A DNA stretch of 64,000 nucleotides from Amoeboaphelidium protococcarum X5 (GCA_023515725.1 JALDTO010000155.1:283147-347146), one strand, 5' to 3'. Positions 39,726 to 53,747 are shown, numbered from the stretch's first letter. Made by a program: numbers and translations. The notes: a model not told the origin generated them from the letters alone.

Positions 39726-40180
39726 AGATCTGTTGAAATGAACAGATCGCCCATGGCTGCGTCATGAAGCGAGGTGATCATGTTCTTACACAAGATACTC
39801 TTTAAGTAGCTTGTTAGCTTGCATAAGAAATTGTAATGGATCTATGCAAGTAGTTTCCAGGCCGCCTAGTCAAAGATCTGCTGTTTTCACTGGATTTCAC
39901 GACGAATCCGGTGAAAACAACAGATCCGTCTGAGATACCTTATCTAACAAGATTCTCAAGTTATTGCACCAGGATATCATTAATAAGCCTTCTACCCAAC
40001 TATATCACTTACAAGCGATTTGATTCAAGCTGAATTTATAGTGCTAATCGAGGATCTGTCGTTCTCGCTGTATCAGGCATTGAGATCTGTTAAACCGAAC
40101 AGATCCCTTATGGTTACTTCATGAAACGAGAATTGCACGTTCAATATCTAAATAAACGTCAAGTTGTCTACAAGCTTGCT
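39726..40180. repeat. Three-unit degenerate tandem repeat (~178-179 bp period) with GATCTG...CAGATC hairpins
   Basis: AACAGATC ends at 39748, 39926 and 40105. Inverted repeats lie at 39727-39748, 39875-39926 and 40084-40105, and the flanks of the units align. Confidence 0.75.
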
Positions 40181-40358
40181 GTATTGATAAGTTTGGACTC
40201 AAATTACAATCATGGATGTTTGCAAATTTCGCTCAGTCACTCGCCAAGTCAGTAATACTAATAGAAGACTTGAAGTCGCGAAACCAACAGCAAAGAGATG
40301 ATAAACATAGCAAGTAGGTAGAAAGTCGACTAATATGAGCAAGAAAAATATAATGAAT

Positions 40359-43300
40359 TCATTGATAAGTGCCACGCTTCCTTAACGTTTTTTCTCGCTT
40401 GCAAATTTAACACGGCACGCCATAGTCTAGATTAAAATCGACATCAAACGCAGTAACACGTTCGCTGTCACTCAACTGTGGTAGATGATGGCGAATTCCA
40501 TCTATAGATCTCAACGCCGATCTGGCAGCGACAACTCTGCATGATTTATAATTCGGTCCTTATGAGATACCAAGTAGAAGTCCATGTAAGTAAACTCCCA
40601 CAGTAGGACACGTAAAGTAGGATTCTGTGACATGATCATGTGCAAACTGTAATAACATCAGATCGCGACTAAATTCAGTCTTCTTCCCTGGACGGTTTCC
40701 ATTCTATTGCTTCGATGAGGATGCGCCATCATTCATAGTCTACTTCATAATCTACTAATCCAAAGCATTTATAGAGCGCATAAATGGAAACTGCTTGATG
40801 ACTAGAGCGGAACATTGACGGCTATCAATCAGCTGATTCAACTTCTTCAGTGGATGCATTCTAACATACATCGCTTCATGACTATGCTCCAGTACCCATT
40901 TTTTTAAAGACATTAAGCAATCAATCTGTACAACCTGTGGCTCCAATGCGGTACTTTGACTGACTTCATCTTAATGCTCATTATCCTCACTTTCCGTCTA
41001 CTTATCGTGGACTGGAAGAGCAGCCTTATCAGAATCAGCTCCCAATACTTCTTCTGGTAGAACAGTCTCATCAGAGTGAGTAGCATCCGGCCTCTGACCA
41101 TCATTGATACCAATAATGTTATCGATAACTTTAGCCACCGCGTCATAATCGAATCCGCAATCAATAAACACCGCGCCAATAACAGCTTCCAATACATCAC
41201 TGACACCTTTAGGTATCGTATGAGGATCTTTGGGCCATTTATTAGACACCAATTGACAAGCCAACTCCATGGATATTAGCTAGCGATTCTCATCAGATTA
41301 GTCATCAGCATTCTACAACGTAACTGCCTGCATACTTTATGTAAGCAAATCTACTGACTTATCTCCCTCAACTGCAGTAGAAGTTGCATTCTCATCAGCA
41401 ATAACTCTCTCATCGATATGATATTTTTCTTAATCATCCTGTTCATCTTCTTCAACATAGCCATCATCCAGGGAATTAGGAACAATATCCTCTGATGACT
41501 ACTATTCCAAATGACTGTTACTATTATGGATAGGCATATCTACCATAAGGAGAGATTGTGTCTACTTATCAGTCACACTCAACTCCGACTTGGCATCAAA
41601 AGCATTAACCCACCACCACCATGGCAATTGGTCAATGTGACTAGTCTACTCGATCCACTGCGCACGGTCCATGGCAAGAACTTCATTAACGTACCGAGTA
41701 GAAGCCGAGAGTTGAGCGAACAAAGGCTCAGAGAAGTGGATAATATTTTTACTCAGCTGCCGGGCAATACAAACAAAACCCAGTGTCTCATTATTCACCA
41801 CCAACATTTTGACATCAGTCAGTCGGCCAGGATCCAGAGGAATACCACGCTTCTCCAACTTTGATCTGATAGACGGCGGTATCAGTGCAAGGGGAGGTAT
41901 AAACTTGGGGAACTTTTTGCCATACTACTCTCTATCTCTACACAGCCAAAATAGTTCAGACGCAACAACAAGATCCAGAATAGCATCACCCAAGAACTCA
42001 AGTCTCTAGTAATTAGGCAATCCCTCAATCTATGACGATGGGTGGTTCAAGGATTCGTCCAATAGTCTGAGATTATCAAACTTGCGTCCAATAACATTTT
42101 GAATAGTAACCGGAATAGTTCTAGGTTAATAAGCTTCGTCTTTATACTGGCCGACCAATAGATCTTTATACAATGGCCACTGAGGCTGAAGCATCTCAAA
42201 TCCAAGTTTAATCATCATCTGCATAGCCATTGACACACCTCCATGAACATATGCCGCACCTAATAAACTCTCCACGACATCAGACACTGTGGCATCAGAT
42301 ATACAATTGGCCTCTACCACTTTATGTCTATGATGCTTGTTATAGCCTGTTATGGATACAACTTTCGCCACCGCATCACTCTGCAAGGGAAGTCTATAAG
42401 ACTTTGGTGACACTGGGCTAATCCAGATATACTGCGGCAATGAAAGAGCTTTAGCCTTCTTGTACAAAGCCTTATTAGAGACGATCAAATGCCTGGCATA
42501 GGACAGCTTACCTTCATCTTTATCCAGGTGCTTGCAGAATAGATCTAGACTCACTGCAATCTTCAGAAACGCGTCACCAATAGTCTCCAGACATTCATAC
42601 GAGTACCCCAAGTTAGTTGCCGGAGCAGTGAGAGCTTCCAGTAGCAAATGTATTGGGATCTCTTACAAGTTGAAATCTTGCTAGAAGTTTAAAGCCAGAC
42701 TTATAGACTCTATACGCGCGATTATGGATGGAAACATTGAGGCAGACCTGAACAGAGGCGCCGGTATTGGACAGAATATAAAGAATTACGGAATTCTATG
42801 CTGCGGCAACTTGGACTTATCTTTCACATTCAGATTCTCGGGATCTATGACAGGCACAAGGTAATTTCTCATCAATGGCGCTCTGTATACTTTGCATAGA
42901 GGCTAATCTTCGCGGATGTGGGGCAGTCGTCTCCTGGTGTACGGAATTCTCTTATGCGTCTTCTTGTACCAATCCAGATATGTATTGCCGTAATCGCCAT
43001 CAGCTTTCATAATGACACCTTTATCTAACAGGTCCTCTTTCATAATACTAGACAATGGATTCAAATCATACAAAATCTTATCAATCACCACACGCTTTTA
43101 ATAATCCATCAGATCTGTCGCCACCCATTCTTCAGACATTGATGCAATATCACCTTCTGCACTGTCTATGATCTACTACTCCTTGATATAATCCAAGACA
43201 CTGATAAAGTCTGGTTTCCCGCAAGACTAAAAGGCAGACTCGTAAGAGAATACCTTGTCAATATACGCCCAATCAACTTAGTCTGATTATTACTCAATCG

Positions 43301-45911
43301 GCGCCCATATATATCTATAAGATTCATCCCACTGCTTAAAATCAGTCTTATCCCAAATATAATTAGGTTCATTGCCACTGGTGTCCATCTCATCACGATG
43401 CGATAGGAACACATATCTCATGATGAAACTATTGAATCTCTGCAACCGCTTCACCTCCGACAACTTCAACCTCACAGCTACACTTTAGTTCATACTCAAT
43501 TCCCCCGGCTCGTCCAATACTCCATGAGACTGCGAGTATATAGGAAATGTAAATACTTCAGGCATCTTTTCTCTGGTGATTAAAGCAATTGGTAGATGGC
43601 CACTAAATTCTGATGACCAAGAGAAACGACTACAATATAAGTCCAGTTCTAAATCATCCTCAACTACTGCCGGCTAATCAATAGATGTCTTATCTTCATT
43701 TGCATCTTCTGCATTATCGAACCATTTCTAGTCCGTCCAAGGCAGCTTCAAAGTCCACTCTATGTCTCTCTTAATACCCATTTCTCCTGGAAGCAGATCC
43801 TGATCCATCTGCATACCATCCAGCAAATGATGAAAGTCATGCCGGTCCTACTTGTAATTGTCAATCTCGAATCTGAATGGTAGCAAATGATCATCCAATG
43901 CCCCAACCTGATACAATTTCTTCACAGCCTCCAGAGCCGCTGACCGCTTCGCCAATGTCTTCGAAGGCATAAGATTACCTTTCATAGTCTTGAATGGAGC
44001 TCCAGGAGGTAGAATAGCTTCCATTTGATAAATAACTTGATCAGATACTCCGACAAACTGAAATTCAGCTTTTCTTATTATATTATCAGCATGTGACAGA
44101 GTAGCACAATAGTAATGCAGTGTAGTCACACTTGAATTATAAGATACACACGCACCAGATGATTCCACGGTGAACACTTCATTAGATGAAGCATCGATCC
44201 AACGAGCATTTTCATTGTCGCCGTCTGCATCTTCGTCATCGTCATTATGATTACTATCATCTCCCTCTTCCACATCACCATCGCCATAAGTATCAAGTAG
44301 CTACCACTAAGAGAAATCCTTCTCCGCCATTTTGATCCTATTCATCACGGTTCTGTGCTCCATATTACCATCTTCAATAAAAATAAGAAACTGAGAATCT
44401 TTATGCCTGGCTCGACCTCTTGACTAAATGTACGCAGACAGTGTATGGCACAGATCAAATCTCATAACACAGGAGCATGGCTACACATCAAGGCCTTCCT
44501 CAGCGACTGAAGTTGATATCAAAACGTTACTCTCACCCTGCGCGAAATCTTTAACCACCTGGTTCTGCATCTTTGACTTCATCTTATCATCCATCAATTT
44601 CTGAGTCTTACTACCATGCCCGACAAGAACCTTGGGGCGCACAATATCCTTCAAGTCGGGGCACTGCACCAGAATCTCCTAAAGAGCATATGCACATAGT
44701 CTCTTTTACGCAAATATTATACAACAAAAGTTTTGGAAAGATGGAGCCAACTTTTTCAATACTTTAATCAACCGAAGAACCTTTGGACTTAACGACTTTG
44801 GATCGTATTCCGGAGCGGCAAACTAGCTCAGAGACACGGATAAATGCTTCAGGTAAGTTATTGCAGATTAACGATCAGCTGTAGGATCCAAGTCCAACAA
44901 TTATAGATTAGACTGTGAAAACTGACGCAATTTAGCATATAGTAGCTACTCAGCAGCCCATGGACCAAGTTCAGATACTAAAACCTCCAACTTGGACTTT
45001 AATTATAGTAGCGGACTATTCACCTCACTACCCAGCATGATCAACTTCTACAATCTAGGACCTGGTACGATGAAATCAATCGGAGTTGCGGGATAGAACA
45101 CCAGCTTCTCCACAGGTTTAGGAGCTGCTTCCAGTAATTGCGGGTCTTCAGTACGAGATACCGTAAAAGCTTGACAATCCAAATTCTTTTCCAATTGCCA
45201 TACAGATTAATTCACATCCTCTTTACGATTGACCGGAGACGCAGTCATACCAAAGATCCTAGGTCGATACTCGCGGTCAATCTTGTAATAGAAATCTGAC
45301 ATGATCACATTGTATGGATGCCTCTTCCTGGCGTGATGACATTCATCAAATATCAATAGAGCAATCTAATCCATCTTGATAAAGCCGTGCACCAGCAGAT
45401 CAAGGAGAATCTACGCGGTCAACACTAGAACATCCAACTTGTCAAATATCAACTTCCACTAATTCTCACCCCACAAATCAACATTCATCTCACCGCAGTA
45501 ATGTCCGACGCGTAGAGACGTCTAAGATCGCAGCACAGAGCTCTATTGGAAGACCAGCGGGACACTATTCACCAGGAAGAAGATTAGCTTCTTGCGCGGC
45601 GTGTCTGATTATCCCGCCACCATCGATTGATTATCACCCTTCATGCCCTTATACGCTTGATATACTTGATTAGAAATATACTTGATCAACATGACAGCTA
45701 TGAAAGTCTTCCCACTGCCAGTATCAAGTACAGCGAACACGTTCTACTTCTTGGCGAGTTCAAAGCATTGTAATTGATACTTGCGAGGCTTGAAATTCAC
45801 AGGCAGATCCAAGTCAAAGCTTCCCATGGCAATATCGACATTTGGAATCTCAGTCGCTGCCTTTGCCTCTTCAATCACCTCCATACCATCATTATCTATC
45901 TCGTCAGTCAT
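40359..45911 (-). CDS. DCR1: Dicer: DExH helicase, dimerisation domain, PAZ-like region, two RNase III domains, dsRBD (1850 aa)
   Basis: [80 protein letters not shown] and [14 protein letters not shown]. All track fragments fall in one intronless frame. Confidence 0.96.
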
Positions 45912-46106
45912 TGCGATTAATTGTCCACTATTTGTAGTTTAATCAAATTGCAGATCGGTATTCGATGAGAGCGAACAATGCTAGAAGAAACATCAAAAGG
46001 ATAGATTCTAAGTGGAACCACAATGACTCAATAAGTAATAGGTAAAAGTTCTATACAGGCTTAATATAACTTAAATCTTCAAAAAAAAGAAAGTTTACAT
46101 TCAATC

Positions 46107-47177
46107 TCAATTGTTATCCTAATCATTCTACTGAGAACTCTTCTGAAGCGACTTAATTTCTTCTATCAGAGCAAGTTCCTCTTTCTCAAGCCGTTACAAT
46201 TTCTTGTAATCTTCATCAGATATAATGAGCGGATTAAGGTACCATACAAAATCAGGAAGCTATCCAAACTTGGACATAAATCTCTGCATGAAATCTTTTG
46301 GATCGCGCCTAAAATCTTTAAATGTCAGCGGAAGTACTTGGTCCTTCTCTGGCACTTGATCGACTGGTAATATTGCTGAGATCTTGTCAGGCTAATGATC
46401 ATATAAATACCGCAGATTCTTCTCAGCCACTCTCTATACGCGATAATCTTCCAACTTGTAATAGAGGTAATGTCCAACTCCAAATATCAGGGACCAAACC
46501 ACTGCTCCACGAACTCCCATGTTATGAGCGTAGGCAGCGGATACGTCTTTAGCCCGTGCCCATTATCTCCCTTGAACTAGATTAGTCAAATAACCACTCA
46601 CTCCACCGGCTAGAAATGATCCGCAAATATCCCAGTCTCGCGGTGTCATGTCGCTCAGGAACTCTGGCATATCCAACCCAGGACCTCCACCTTCCACGAA
46701 TATACCGGACCATTGGAGCATAGAACTTCTAGGAATGGTATTTCCATTTTCATCCACAGGACCTGCATTGCTCCTAGAAAGATTATCCAAACGCGTCACT
46801 ACGCGTTAAACACCACTAGGCAACAAGTACTTGAATCCCATAAACTGACCGCTGATCAAGCCAATATTGACTGCAGTCTGCACTCCCAGCCGCATAGGAT
46901 GTGGGTATTTAGTTAGCGCGCCATATGTTAGACCAATTGTCAAACCAGCAATAGCACCGGGTACTATTCCATCTGCTAGTGTCTAAAGTGATTGTGTTAA
47001 TCTCGATGTAATAGAATCGCGCTACTCATTGAACATTTAATCTTGAGCCACATTGAGATTAGCCCATTACTATTCCTCCTACTATTACAATTTTAAATTC
47101 TCTTGCTGTACTTTCTACGCCTTTGCCATTCCTCTGGCAATATGGAACTGTCCATCAATATCTAAATTCGCAGGCAT
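46107..47177 (-). CDS. Multi-pass membrane protein with Gly-rich helices, Tim17/22-family-like (356 aa)
   Basis: Four hydrophobic GxxxG-rich segments (GAIAGLTIGLTYG, IGLISGQFMG, GSFLAGGVSG, GAVVWSLIFGVG) and a C-terminal coiled coil. Family assignment is tentative. Confidence 0.6.
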
Positions 47178-47317
47178 CTTACTACGAAGGATAATCTATT
47201 GGTTTGAATAGATCGAGATTAATTGATTGCTGCGAAAGATCCAAGAGAAGTAAATTACGCGAAAGATCAAACTGCTTAATGAAATGTAGGAGAAAACAAA
47301 AAACATTTTATAGGGGA

Positions 47318-48205
47318 TCAAAGCTACTGCATTTTGCTTGGTGTCGAGTCTTTTTCAGAATATTTAGGCAATAACTCTTTGTTGTCTTATTCGTCATCTT
47401 CATCTTCATTATCATCTTCCCAACCGGAGATGAACCAGATGCAATCAACAAATAGAGATACAAACAGCCATAGAATCAATGCGGATAATGCAACAAGCAG
47501 ACACGAACCCAAATCAAATTCATAGTACTCAATCTCTGCTTGGAAATACGTGAGTTCCTAGTCAATGCTTGATTTCTTATTAGCATCAACACCACTAATT
47601 ACCTTAGACTCGGAGGAGTCATAATCATTCAATAGATCCCAATACTGAGCACCATCAGCATCATGAAACAGATTCGCGAATAAATCTAAGCCACTCGTAA
47701 TTTAATTATCATCATCAACTGAAACTGTTTCTTCGTTGATGACAGAGACGCCGTCACTGGCAGAGATTGATTCGGTCATTTCAGAGCTTAGAATGGATTA
47801 GGCGATTTTGAGTTCATGTTTAACTTCCACCAACTGGCAAGTACCATCCTTGGATGCATCATTAGTGTATTGGGAGCAGAAGGAAGAGTCCATGATATCG
47901 CGCACTTCTGCATTGTCTACAGCCTCTAAACACTTTTCGTAAATGTCTGCATTGTTAAAGAGATAACAGATGTTTCTGAATACTTCAATATCAGAAGAGG
48001 TGTCCATTCGATAGAGAAAGTACTAGCATGTCAGACAATCTTGGCTAGTTTCAAGATTAGCGGCAGCCTTTAAGTTTACCTGTGCTACAATATGATAATA
48101 TGATTATTATAACAATGATCTTTACACTGATAATAATTGAAATTTACTTGGAACAGCAGAGACGTAAGTGATCAGCGCCACAACTTGAAACAGTAATTGC
48201 ATCAT
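47318..48205 (-). CDS. Saposin-like domain type I membrane protein, intron 48085-48147 (274 aa)
   Basis: Signal peptide, six-Cys pattern CLTC...C...C...FC...C over ~70 aa, acidic linker, TM helix and acidic tail. Confidence 0.62.
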
Positions 48206-48458
48206 TCTAAAGTATGTGTATCAGTTAAATCAATAAATCGAATTCAAACTGATTGTTATATTAGTAATAGTATTGCAAGTCACACAATCCAGTTTAAAAT
48301 TCGCACGCTTACACACATGATGCCTTCGGTCTCCATCGCGACGAGATTATGGTTGTCAAGGCGATTGTTTCAAGGTTATAAGGTAATGCAGTCGACACCA
48401 ACTGACATTCAATCACTATTAAGAGTTGATAATTTAGAATTACATTGAGTCAGTATAT

Positions 48459-50966
48459 TCAATCGTCTTCTTCATCACTAAAGCATAAAACGCGCTTGCC
48501 TTTCACCAAATTTTACTAAGGACTTTCAGAACGCTGCTCCTGCTAATCCACAGTGTCTACTTGCTAAGACGAGACATCAGAGTTGTCAATAGGAGCTTCA
48601 GCTACTTGCTCTGTCGCGTGGTCACTATCAGAATTCTAAGAATCATCTAGTGGAGACGCATCGATATTGTCGGATGAAACAACAACATCAGAAATTGAAT
48701 CCTTTTACTCTTCTCCAGAGAACTAGTCATCTCCAGTTATGATTTCAGTCTCTTTAACAGCTTTACTTTGGACTTTCTTTATCTTTTCAACAGGTTCATG
48801 ATAAATACCATTCTGAATGCGGTCAATATCGCGCTAGATCTTTGGATAAAACAACTCAACAAATAGCAGAGGATAATCCTTGATCTTATCCAGAAAGACA
48901 CTGGTGAAGTAGCGAATCAATTCCACCAACTCTTTGTATTCAGTCTTTACACGCATCAAGTCGTTTCGATCTTTCATTATTGATTCAAAAATCATTACCA
49001 CATCAATTTTAAACAATAGAGGATGCAACTATCTTTTATAAAATATTCTATGCAGCATTGAAGCAATATAATGAATGTAAGCTCCGGAGAGGGATTGATG
49101 ACTATTCAGCAGCTGGACGTAGCTATTGACTGTGTGTTCATGACAATATTCCGATTCAAACTATGAAAATTCAAATGGAAGCTCTCTGATAGATGGCTTC
49201 TTACTCTTGGTAACATCAGAGGCACTGACATCATCGTCCTTCTTTCGACGCTTAATCTTTTTGACGATAACGAGATCTTGGTCCTACGAAAACTTTTCAA
49301 CAGACTTGACAAATAGGTGATTCGCTCTCACTGCAGATTTCAAAAACTAAATTTCCTACCACTGAGGCTTAGTGACACAGCCAGTGACCTCTTTGAGATG
49401 ATCAATCCTAGTGAATAGATTAGACAGTACAGACTCTGCAACCTTGATGTCATCATCATTATCAGAGTACATCATCAAGTCGGCCACATTCATGATTTGA
49501 TAAAAAGTATCCAAACAGCAGCAAGCCATATCCAACTTTTTCGCATCGACGTATCTATTCAATAGCTTAATGACAAGCAAAATGGTCGGAACATCCAATA
49601 CATCAGCAACACAGTTGAACGTAATCTTCTCACTGTGAGGAATTTACAATAGCATCGACAGATATTCAATGGTGAATGACATGACTTGAAAAAACTTTTG
49701 CCTATCAGAGTCATGAATATCATCTCGCTCGCGAATAATAGACTTTTTCAGAAACTCTGACAGAATATTGAACGGACCAGCAAGAAATCCTTCCATGAAC
49801 ACGTTTAAAGAAACGCGAACTTCAGCAGTACATTGAGTCCATTTCTCTTCTTAATTCACCACACTTGTCAGAGCAGTCTTTTTCTTTCTGCTCTGTCTAT
49901 TCCCTTTCTTATTCTTATCGAGTAAACTTTACAAATTAGTTAGATCAGGTTTATCGACTAGATGACGCGACTAGTTCAGTGTCACCACAAAATTTCCTTT
50001 AAAGTTAGGAGGACGCCCACCAAGAGTTTATGGCTTTTGAGAATTGGCAAGAGCAACTTTGCTGCCACTATTATTATTATTAGAAGCATTTAGAAATTCA
50101 TTGAAGACGCCAGTCTTGGCATCCGGATCAACGATCAAATCTGACAATCTCCAACTGGGCAGGTAGAGCAACGACCAAACCAAATCCAATAGAAGAATAT
50201 CTAAATACGAGCCCAACTTGGTATCTTCCAGAGAACCAATAAGAGTATTTAAAATCAGCATGAAATGGTTCTAATCAAGAGCTTTTATAAATTTCTAATG
50301 CATCTTCTCAAAGCCAGTCTCTTCTTGGATGACCAACAGATTCCTGATCAGAGTGAGTATCATCCGAACACCATCCAGACTAACTTGCTTAATAGTTCCC
50401 TCATTCATTAGTGAGATGTCATTATCGGCCTGAGAATCGGCAACAGTATTAGAACATTCTTCAAGCAATGAAATTAGCCGATCACTGAGTATAGTGAGGA
50501 GAGCATTCTCGGTGAAGAGAGATTTGTACTAGATCAAGTGTTGTTTCTACTCCACAACGAACGCCAAACTCTTCGTCGCTGTTTCGCGTTGCGTCTGGCG
50601 ACCGCCCACAGCAGCAAGTTCGTTCTACTCACCTGAAGAAGAGGATAAAACGGATGAGAGAGGCCAAGTGAGAGGTACCATGATTTCAATACATAACTGC
50701 CGCAGATGAGGATGATCAATGAATATTGGAATCAAGTCAGTTTTCATAAAATTCCATTCACCCAATTTCCGCACCAGAAAGCCTTCCTCAGTCTTGTCAT
50801 CCCAGCGTAGCAACTTTTTAATATCCTTCAAACACTCTTTACTCTCAGCGCCGAGTACATACTTCTGCACCCGCTTCATTGGATTAACTGGATCCAGCAT
50901 CACCTCATACCCACCCACTGCATTACACAGCCGACTCAAATGTTCTTCCAAATCGTACTCTTCCAT
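48459..50966 (-). CDS. TOF1: Timeless/Tof1/Swi1 replication fork protection protein (835 aa)
   Basis: LCNAVGG, YVLGAESKECLKDIKKLLRWDD, LGEWNFMKTDLIPIF, EIMVPLTWP, TLIRNLLVI and HPLLFKIDV..PLLFVELFYPK. Confidence 0.9.
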
Positions 50967-51082
50967 GATCTTGAGCGTATAGTTATGAGAAGTGAGATAT
51001 TCGATGGTGAACGAGTGTAGGAAATGAAGGTGTTTAAAGGGCGAGAGAGAGATTTCTGAAACAACGTGCCTCGTTCAGCAGA

Positions 51083-51088
51083 ACGCGT
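51083..51088. promoter_or_regulatory. MCB-like element ACGCGT upstream of TOF1
   Basis: Exact ACGCGT about 120 bp upstream of the TOF1 ATG, in a 219-bp intergenic gap. Confidence 0.4.
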
Positions 51089-51185
51089 CGCAGTTTAACG
51101 CTTTTGATGCAAATGATGGTGCAAGCAAAAACAAGAATAAAAGAGGATAGTAAGCACTGTGACACTCAGTATTTGTAATTATTAC

Positions 51186-52325
51186 TCATTGCTGGCTATC
51201 CATGATTATCTCTTCAACGTTCTCATCATCGGTGGAGTCTTTAACTGCACCGATCGAGGAGGAGCCATCTTTGATCTCTTCAATAAGAGGTTGTACAACT
51301 GAACCGCCTTATTACTTACCGCCACCAGCTTGAGACGTTGATGCCTTTTCCGGTGACGACTATTTACTCTTTTTGCCCTTCTTGCTCACCTTCTTTGACT
51401 ACTTCTTGTACTTCTCAATATGCATCTTCTCATAGTTGATACCCGACCAGCCATAAAGAGGAATGAACGAGTCAATGACACCAACATCTGCAAACAGATT
51501 AGGGAATATCCATAGTCCAGGCCGAGTCCAAGGTATAGCCAGCGATATTACATAGATTATGAATCGAATGATCGCAATCACCAAGAGGGCCACAATAAAC
51601 CCAACACCGGTCATTGATAAGTACCATACGGAGATACGCAAGGAATGTGGCCAAAGAGGGAACATCACTAGAACCAAGACCAAGAGCAAAAATAAACCAC
51701 TCTTTACGCTTTGCAAAGTCTTGACATGAGGTGGGTCATACTGCCAAACATATAAACTAGAGCTATCCGCGGTGAATGTCTAATTCTAACTAATCTCCAA
51801 CACTTTCATTCCATTGACTTTCTTATCTCGCGCCTTCTCAGATTCTTCATCGCGCACAGTGGACACTCTAAAAATGAAGTTGTTCTCCATCAGGGATCGT
51901 ACCACCTCTGCCGCTTCATCTTTACTGCCATATACTCTGAGCACAGAATCGCTGTCATCAGTCTTTTTGTACCCACCACTGCCCTTTCGCTCCACAAACT
52001 AAGTATACTCTGGAGTCATCATGGCATTCACCGCCTTCTCTCCTTTAAAGTATTCAACTCTCAGACCGCTCAAAATACCTTCTCTCACCTTGAGAACTTT
52101 AGGTCCGCCATTGCCAAGTCCAAATATGTAAGTTCCGTTGAAGAAATTAGTAAGGAATCCAGAAACTTGCTTCAACACCTTGCCAAAGCTTCCAGTTTCC
52201 TGAGAGATGACAGCCTTGGTGGTGTAAGATCTCAAGAAAGTGGCCACCAATTACAAATCTTTAGATGATGCAGACGGATCAATTTCAGTGCCATCCTCAT
52301 GAGTACGTCTAATTAACAGTGACAT
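51186..52325 (-). CDS. SEC62: Translocation protein Sec62 (379 aa)
   Basis: RVEYFKGEKAVNAM, YVWQY, MFPLWPHSLRISVWYLS and GLWIFPNLFADVGVIDSFIPLYGW. Confidence 0.95.
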
Positions 52326-52787
52326 GTTCCTTTACTATGCTCTATATCAAGTGGTTTTGTAAAGTCTCACTCACTCAAGGAATAAAAAGAGGGACGAAGA
52401 GAACGGCTTATACTTGAAGCAACGAGCAATCTCCTCCGTCGTTTTTAAACACGCTTAATTGCCTGAATTAACCAAAAGATGGTTTCTTTGTCGGTCTCTG
52501 TAAAGAGTCTTTAATTAGTTGCATCTTGATTAGTCTCGTGATTAAGTCCGCCATAAGAATGATATAATTTCTGAATATTGCGCCAAGTCAGGGCGCCCGT
52601 TTTGAATCGCGATCATCTTCTGTAGGATGGCCTCAATAGAGATCGGTTGTTTTCTGTACTGCAGTTCAGATTTGCGCCTTCAATTCAACTTTCCATTTTA
52701 CTCTCCTCTCACTGTTTCAAACGATCAAAACTGAAGATTAACTTATTTAAAAGTATTAATGACTATCAAAACTAATACAATTTCATT

Positions 52788-53747
52788 TCATTTCATTTTA
52801 CCAGAGAGTATAACTTCATTGTTAAGTAAGTAATCTGCATCTAGTATGTAAAACTTGTGAATATGGAGAGACACAATGCCAGTAACAAGGTGCCATAGTG
52901 AGTGCGCATCGAACACGTACCAGAGTGGAGGAAAGTCGAATACTTCCAACAACATACCAAGCATTACAGCCATGATAAGAATTAAGAGAAATCGCGCGTG
53001 AAAATGCTTCCACTTTAATAATATCCAAACTATCCATATGAAATTATGAGCTAATCCGATGGATACGCCGGCAATCATGTTGTAAGTATAATCGAATCGC
53101 TCTCTATTAGTCAGATACATAATGTGACATGTGTAAAAGAGCACAGAAACAAATGCAGACATACCAGCAATTCTCTTCCATTGAGACCGCTTAAACTCAA
53201 AAGACATTCGAACCGTGGCGTAGAACATTCCATAAACAATGGACAACATTGCGGCAAAGTAATCCATCCTCTCGGTCCACGGCATATCTTTGTAATGAAA
53301 TATAGATGACCATACCCAGGCATTCATCTGAGTGATAAATAGAATTATTAAGTGCATTTTCAACTTGAATTTCGATGATACTCGTCGCTGTACCTTCAAG
53401 AGTCCACGACTCTGACCATATAAATTTAACAGACTGAACAGCACTGATGCCGGTTCTTAGAGTCCAAATATCCTTTTGAATGGCCATTTCCCGTAATACT
53501 GCTCAATGTTCTCACCACTTTTCACATTATCATCAACCATCTTAAACATACAGTCGTACTTGCACTTATCTGCGCAGCTATACCGAAACAAAGATTCTAC
53601 TTCATCACTGGGACAAGCGCAAGACTTCAAACATGCTTGATAGTTGATATCACGGTCGCCGCTAGAACCTTCTATCCTGTATATAAAGCAAGACAAAGCG
53701 ATAATAAGCGTAATTATAAATTACCGGTCTCCATAATGTAGTAGCAT
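52788..53747 (-). CDS. PER1: GPI remodelling protein Per1/PGAP3 (319 aa)
   Basis: SSGDR, CKYDCM, QYYGKWPFKRIFGLQEPASVLFS (Q encoded by TAA), AWVWSSIFH, FDYTYNM and FDFPP..FDAHSLWH. Confidence 0.95.

Noticed and set aside
39778-40122. TGA-free minus-strand ORF of about 100-115 codons across the repeat array (MKQPQGICSVQQISMPDT...)
   Set aside because: With only one stop codon, ORFs this long arise readily by chance. It has no recognisable motif and the repeat period is not a multiple of 3. Not fully excluded.
39726-40180. CRISPR array
   Set aside because: Only three degenerate units, a ~178-bp period, related rather than unique spacers, a eukaryotic context and no cas genes.
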